DNA of 64,000 nt, from contig CBDCDC010000002.1 in NCBI GenBank assembly GCA_965215195.1, forward strand, positions 2,592,001 through 2,656,000, in the 5' to 3' direction. A program made the position numbers and the translations under genes. The stretch's first letter is position 1. Each line of letters begins with the position of its first letter. This DNA is from Candidatus Latescibacterota bacterium (lineage in GTDB: Bacteria > Latescibacterota > UBA2968 > UBA8231). Below are positions 59,634 to 64,000 of the stretch, one piece after another. The notes under the pieces were generated by a model. The model saw only the letters and a program-made list of their open reading frames with translations, was not told where the DNA came from and did no database searches.

Positions 59634-60416
59634 CTAGTCCAACCGGCCGCTCTCCTCCACCCGCGGCGGCATAAAAAACTCGTACTGCTCCGGCGTACCG
59701 TAGCCCTCCATCTCCGTCAGCCGCACCCCTGTGCTGTTGAGCGCGGCCTCGACGATCCGCTTGTTAAAGGCACTGACGTTTTCCTCGGCCAAATACTCGG
59801 CTACCGGCATCCACAGACACTCGGCGATCTCGTCCTCCTGAATGCTAATCTCGGTGCTCAGGGGGCGCAGACGGCAGACGAAGTAAATATCCGACTTGCC
59901 GAAGCGGTAGCCGTGCCAGTGGCGGAAGCAGACCAGCGCGTCGAACTCAGTCTCGACCCCGGTCTCTTCGGCGACTTCGCGCACCACGGCTTCGGCCAAG
60001 TGCTCGCCCGGATGCAGCGCACCGCCGGGCAGCTTGTAGCGCGGCGGACCGGGCGCACGCCGATGGTACTTTTCGCTGACCACCAACAGTTCCCGCGCCC
60101 CGTTGAGCACCACTCCGCCCGCGCCGATATAGTGCGAGGCGTGGGCCGGCACATAAGCTCCTTCTTCGAGTTGCAAGGTCATCATTAGATAGCTGTCGCC
60201 ACTGTGGTGGAATGCAAACCCGGCTTCCACCGCCAGCGGGATCAACGCCGCCTTGACAATCGGGACCTCCAGCCAGACGACCCGATAGCCTTCGTCCCTC
60301 CAAGCCGCCAGCGAAACGCGCAGCCGCTCGGCAAACGCCGCCGGATCTGGATCGAGAGCCTCTGGTTTAGGAAGGATGCCGCCAAATGGATTCGTCGTTG
60401 CCGCAATAGGTTCCAT
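59634..60416 (-). CDS. NUDIX hydrolase, NUDT6-like with pre-Nudix N-terminal domain
   Basis: Nudix box GGALHPGEHLAEAVVREVAEETG; SLAAWRDEG…VW, GFAFHH, FGKSDIYFVC. Confidence 0.88.
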   Translation of the reverse strand: MEPIAATTNPFGGILPKPEALDPDPAAFAERLRVSLAAWRDEGYRVVWLEVPIVKAALIPLAVEAGFAFHHSGDSYLMMTLQLEEGAYVPAHASHYIGAGGVVLNGARELLVVSEKYHRRAPGPPRYKLPGGALHPGEHLAEAVVREVAEETGVETEFDALVCFRHWHGYRFGKSDIYFVCRLRPLSTEISIQEDEIAECLWMPVAEYLAEENVSAFNKRIVEAALNSTGVRLTEMEGYGTPEQYEFFMPPRVEESGRLD

Positions 60417-60596
60417 GTATCCCGCCTCCCTCAATGGCCGCTAGTGATAGCAAACCCCGCCTAGCCTGTCAAGCGGTTTTCATACATTCTGACAGAGTTG
60501 TATAAAGAGATATTTTCTCTTTATGTTGATTCTTTGAATAAAATTTATAACTTTAATATATAAAAAAACGAAAAAATTAGGCTTAGAGAGAAGAAA

Positions 60597-61961
60597 ATGA
60601 TAATCAGATTCTCCGTTGAAAACTGGATGTCTTTCCGCGACCAAGCCACCTTTTCGATGATTGCCAGCCGAGAGCGCCAGCATGGAGAACGCGTTCCCAA
60701 GCTCGGCAAGTACCAAACGAGAGTTCTCCCGATAGCAGCGGTTTACGGCGGTAACGCCTCGGGCAAGACCAATCTTTTCAAGGCACTGAATTTTGCCAAG
60801 ACCCTAATCGTCAAGGGTACTAGACCCGACAGCCTGATCCCGGTCGAGACGTTCCGCTTGGATAGCAAGGGGACGAACCAACCCTCGCGCTTTGTATTTG
60901 AATTGCTGATTGATGAAGTCATCTACGACTTCAGCTTTGCAGTGACCCGAAAGGCGGTCCTAGAAGAAAGACTAGCGGTAATCACCAGTACCAGTGAAAA
61001 AGTGCTCTATGACCGCCGCGACGGAGAAATCAACTTTGACGCATCGCTCGCCAGAGAATTGTTTCTACAGTTCGCTTTCAAAGGGACCCGGGACAATCAG
61101 CTTTTCCTAACCAATTCTGTATCCCAAAAAGTGGACAATTTCAGGCCGGTCTATGACTGGTTCAAGGATACGCTTGTTCTGGTCGCACCTGACTCGCGAT
61201 TTGAGCCCTTTGAGTTGTTCCTTGATGAAAGACATCCATTGTACGCGGCCATGAACGAGATGTTACAACGGCTAGATACCGGGATCGTCCATCTGGGTAG
61301 TGAAGAAATTCCATTAGAGAACATCCCACTTCCCGATCCATTAAAGACCGCGCTTCAGGAAGAAGTGGAAGAAGGCATGACTGTTCGGTTGATGGAGGAG
61401 TCGATTAACGCCCGCTTCATGATCACCCGCGAGGACGGTGAGTTAATCGCCAAGAAAATGGTCTCCTTCCACCCAAAATCGGACGGCACGGAAGCCAAGT
61501 TTGAGATATACCAAGAATCGGATGGATCGCAACGGGTTATTGATCTCCTACCTGCCTTTCTCGAACTTTCTGCACAAACATCGCCGAAAGTCTATGTAGT
61601 TGACGAGATAGACCGCAGTCTGCATCCCTTACTGATCCGCCAACTGCTTGAAGTATACCTAGCTAGTTGTTCCGCAGAGCCTCGGACGCAACTGTTACTG
61701 ACGACCCATAACGTTATGCTGATGGACCAGCAGTTGCTGCGCCGGGACGAAATGTGGGTGACAGAAAGGGATAAGTCCGGCGCGTCCAGCCTGTTTTCCT
61801 TCAGCGAATACAAAGAGGTTCGCTACGACAAGGATCTTCGGAAAAGCTACCTACAGGGACGGCTGGGGGGAATCCCTCGCATTTTGTCGGGGGGCACTCT
61901 CATCAATCCTCATCTCATGGAGGAAAGTGAGGAGATGACGGATGCCGCTGAAAAGACGTAA
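60597..61961 (+). CDS. AAA_21 family ATPase (RloA/AbiLi-like)
   Basis: [59 protein letters not shown]. Confidence 0.9.
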   Translation: MIIRFSVENWMSFRDQATFSMIASRERQHGERVPKLGKYQTRVLPIAAVYGGNASGKTNLFKALNFAKTLIVKGTRPDSLIPVETFRLDSKGTNQPSRFVFELLIDEVIYDFSFAVTRKAVLEERLAVITSTSEKVLYDRRDGEINFDASLARELFLQFAFKGTRDNQLFLTNSVSQKVDNFRPVYDWFKDTLVLVAPDSRFEPFELFLDERHPLYAAMNEMLQRLDTGIVHLGSEEIPLENIPLPDPLKTALQEEVEEGMTVRLMEESINARFMITREDGELIAKKMVSFHPKSDGTEAKFEIYQESDGSQRVIDLLPAFLELSAQTSPKVYVVDEIDRSLHPLLIRQLLEVYLASCSAEPRTQLLLTTHNVMLMDQQLLRRDEMWVTERDKSGASSLFSFSEYKEVRYDKDLRKSYLQGRLGGIPRILSGGTLINPHLMEESEEMTDAAEKT

Positions 61962-62544
61962 TTTCCGCAGACCTCTTGGCGAGCGACGTTACCGAAAACT
62001 TTTTCTTATTGCGACAGAAGGGGTTAAGACCGAGCCGCAGTATTTCGCCATTCTAAATGACCGTTATGCGGTTATCCATGTAGATTGCCTAAAAAGCAAC
62101 TATCACAGCTCACCACTCCAAGTCCTGAAGCGTATGAAAAATCGCCTCAAGCGAAAAACTCTGAAGAATTCAGATGAGGCGTGGCTAGTGGTAGATAAGG
62201 ACCAATGGCAGGATGAACAGTTGGCGCAACTCCACGCATGGTCGCAGGATGCGGATAATTACGGATTCGCCCTTAGCAATCCCAAGTTCGAGTATTGGCT
62301 GCTGCTTCACTTTGAGGACGGTGCCAAGATCAGTTCGCCAAGCGAATGTTCCGTTCGGCTAAAGAAGCATCTTCCCGACTACGACAAGGGCCTTGATGGC
62401 CGAAAAATCACGTCCGGCATGCTCGAAGACGCTATCCATCGAGCCAAGGTTCGCGATAATCCTCCATGCGAGGATTGGCCGCGTACATTCGGTAGCACCA
62501 CAGTGTACAAACTGGTCGAAAACATCCTTAGCGAAAGACCATAA
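61942..62544 (+). CDS. rloB: RloB-family protein
   Basis: [42 protein letters not shown]. Confidence 0.9.
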   Translation: MPLKRRNFRRPLGERRYRKLFLIATEGVKTEPQYFAILNDRYAVIHVDCLKSNYHSSPLQVLKRMKNRLKRKTLKNSDEAWLVVDKDQWQDEQLAQLHAWSQDADNYGFALSNPKFEYWLLLHFEDGAKISSPSECSVRLKKHLPDYDKGLDGRKITSGMLEDAIHRAKVRDNPPCEDWPRTFGSTTVYKLVENILSERP

Positions 62545-62548
62545 TCCC

Positions 62549-64000
62549 ATGCAACGCACTCTGCACAGAAAGCTCATCGGCCCCAAGGCCCATCGCCAGC
62601 TCCTCGCCTTCCTCGGCGAGCACCTGCCCCGCTTCACGCCCCCCACTTCGGCCGCGGCCTGGCGCAAGCAAGCCCCGGCTCTGCGCACCCAAGTCCTCGA
62701 CCTATTCTTCCGCGGCCATCCCGCCGGCCTCCTCGCGGAAGAGCCGCAAGTTCACTGGGGCAACTGCATCGACACGGGTGCTGGCTACACCATCCGCAAG
62801 CTGCGCTACGAGGGCTATCCCGGCCTCTGGGTCCCGGCCCTGCTCTACGAGCCTGACCAACTCGGGGAAAAGGCCCCGGCCGTCCTCAACCCCAATGGCC
62901 ACCACGCCGGCGGCAAGGCCATGGACTACAAGCAGGCCCGCTGCATCAACCTCGCCAAGCGCGGGATGCTGGCGCTCAATACCGAATTTCTGGGGATGGG
63001 CGAACTGCGCGCCGACGTCGAACACAACCGCATCGGCCACCTCGACCTGTGCGGCATTGCCGGCATCGGCGTGTTCTATCTCTTGATGAAGCGCGGCCTC
63101 GACGTGCTGCTCGCCCACCCCAAGGCCGATCCCGAGCGCATAGGAATGACCGGCCTGTCGGGCGGCGGCTGGCAAACGGCTCTGCTGGCGGCCCTCGACG
63201 AGCGAGTCAAGGTCATTGTGCCAGTCGCCGGTCATTCGGCCATCTGGCAGCGCCGGGGCTGCATCGAGGACATTGGCGACCAAGAGCAATGCCCAACCGA
63301 CCTCTGCACGGTCGCCGATTACGACGCGCTCTCCGCGCTCTTTGCGCCGCGGCCGACCTTGCTAATCTACAACCGCCACGACGACTGCTGCTTCCAGACG
63401 CGGCGGGCGCGCAAGTCCATTTACGAGCCAATCCGGCCCGTCTTCGCCCTCCTCGGCGCACGCGATGACATCGCCCTCCACGACAACATTGACCCCGGCA
63501 CCCACAACTACGAGCGCGACAACCGCTGCCAGCTCTACAAATTTCTCAATCGGCATTGGGGATTGGCAACGCCAGACGACGACCTGCCCTATCGCGACGA
63601 ATTGCACACCGAAGAAGCCCTCGCGGTCGGCCTACCCCCGGACAACGCCACTTTGCTCTCCATCGCGCAGGCAGCTCTTGGCAAGATCAGAACGCACAAA
63701 AGAAAAGCGCACACTCCGGCCGCCGCACGCCAAGCACTCGCCTCATTACTCAAGCTGCCGCAGTGGAAAAACAGATCCCTGCAAGAAGTCGGCACCGCGC
63801 AAAAGCGCAACGACAGCACCATCCAACACTACCTATTGCATCTCGACGACACTTGGACCCTGCCTCTGACCGAGTACGCGCCGCCGCGCCCCCGAGGCAT
63901 TGAGCTGCTCATCGCCGATGGCGGGCGCGGTGCGCTTGCTGGCCCGCTAGCCACCGCCCTCGCCCAAGGCCGCCGGGTGCTCGTCGCCGACATCTTCGCT
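62549..64000 (+). CDS. Alpha/beta hydrolase (acetylxylan esterase-like), 3' end outside the window
   Basis: Open frame from the ATG at 62549 (absent from the ORF track): VPALLYEP, LNPNGH, DPERIGMTGLSGGG nucleophile elbow. Confidence 0.85.
   Translation, partial: MQRTLHRKLIGPKAHRQLLAFLGEHLPRFTPPTSAAAWRKQAPALRTQVLDLFFRGHPAGLLAEEPQVHWGNCIDTGAGYTIRKLRYEGYPGLWVPALLYEPDQLGEKAPAVLNPNGHHAGGKAMDYKQARCINLAKRGMLALNTEFLGMGELRADVEHNRIGHLDLCGIAGIGVFYLLMKRGLDVLLAHPKADPERIGMTGLSGGGWQTALLAALDERVKVIVPVAGHSAIWQRRGCIEDIGDQEQCPTDLCTVADYDALSALFAPRPTLLIYNRHDDCCFQTRRARKSIYEPIRPVFALLGARDDIALHDNIDPGTHNYERDNRCQLYKFLNRHWGLATPDDDLPYRDELHTEEALAVGLPPDNATLLSIAQAALGKIRTHKRKAHTPAAARQALASLLKLPQWKNRSLQEVGTAQKRNDSTIQHYLLHLDDTWTLPLTEYAPPRPRGIELLIADGGRGALAGPLATALAQGRRVLVADIFA

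Overview
GC-rich bacterial chromosomal segment with about 50 CDSs. No rRNA, tRNA, CRISPR array or transposase was recognised. Housekeeping genes: hisG-hisD-hisB, rdgB, guaB-like IMPDH, class I DAHP synthase, katG, a CnoX-like thioredoxin-TPR protein and a heterodimeric ABC exporter. Many catabolic enzymes are present (Gfo/Idh/MocA, SDR epimerases, mannonate dehydratase-like, enolase superfamily, sulfatase, PhyH, Ldh_2). The accessory content is a 1.8-kaa Ig/Calx-beta-like surface protein behind a perfect sigma70 promoter, two LRR proteins whose near-identical repeats vary mainly on the predicted binding face, a dockerin-like protein, an MNT-HEPN pair and an RloA/RloB (AbiL-like) pair. Not captured by the ORF track: two UGA-recoded selenoprotein genes (SelW/Rdx family and SelD), an internally deleted MFS pseudogene, a G17 tract upstream of an LRR lipoprotein, and several MITE-like elements (two with target-site duplications), some carrying palindromic repeats as nested cargo. 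The gene repertoire suggests a host-associated (e.g. sponge) FCB-group bacterium such as Latescibacterota; this is inference only. All coordinates and motifs were read by eye and no searches were run.
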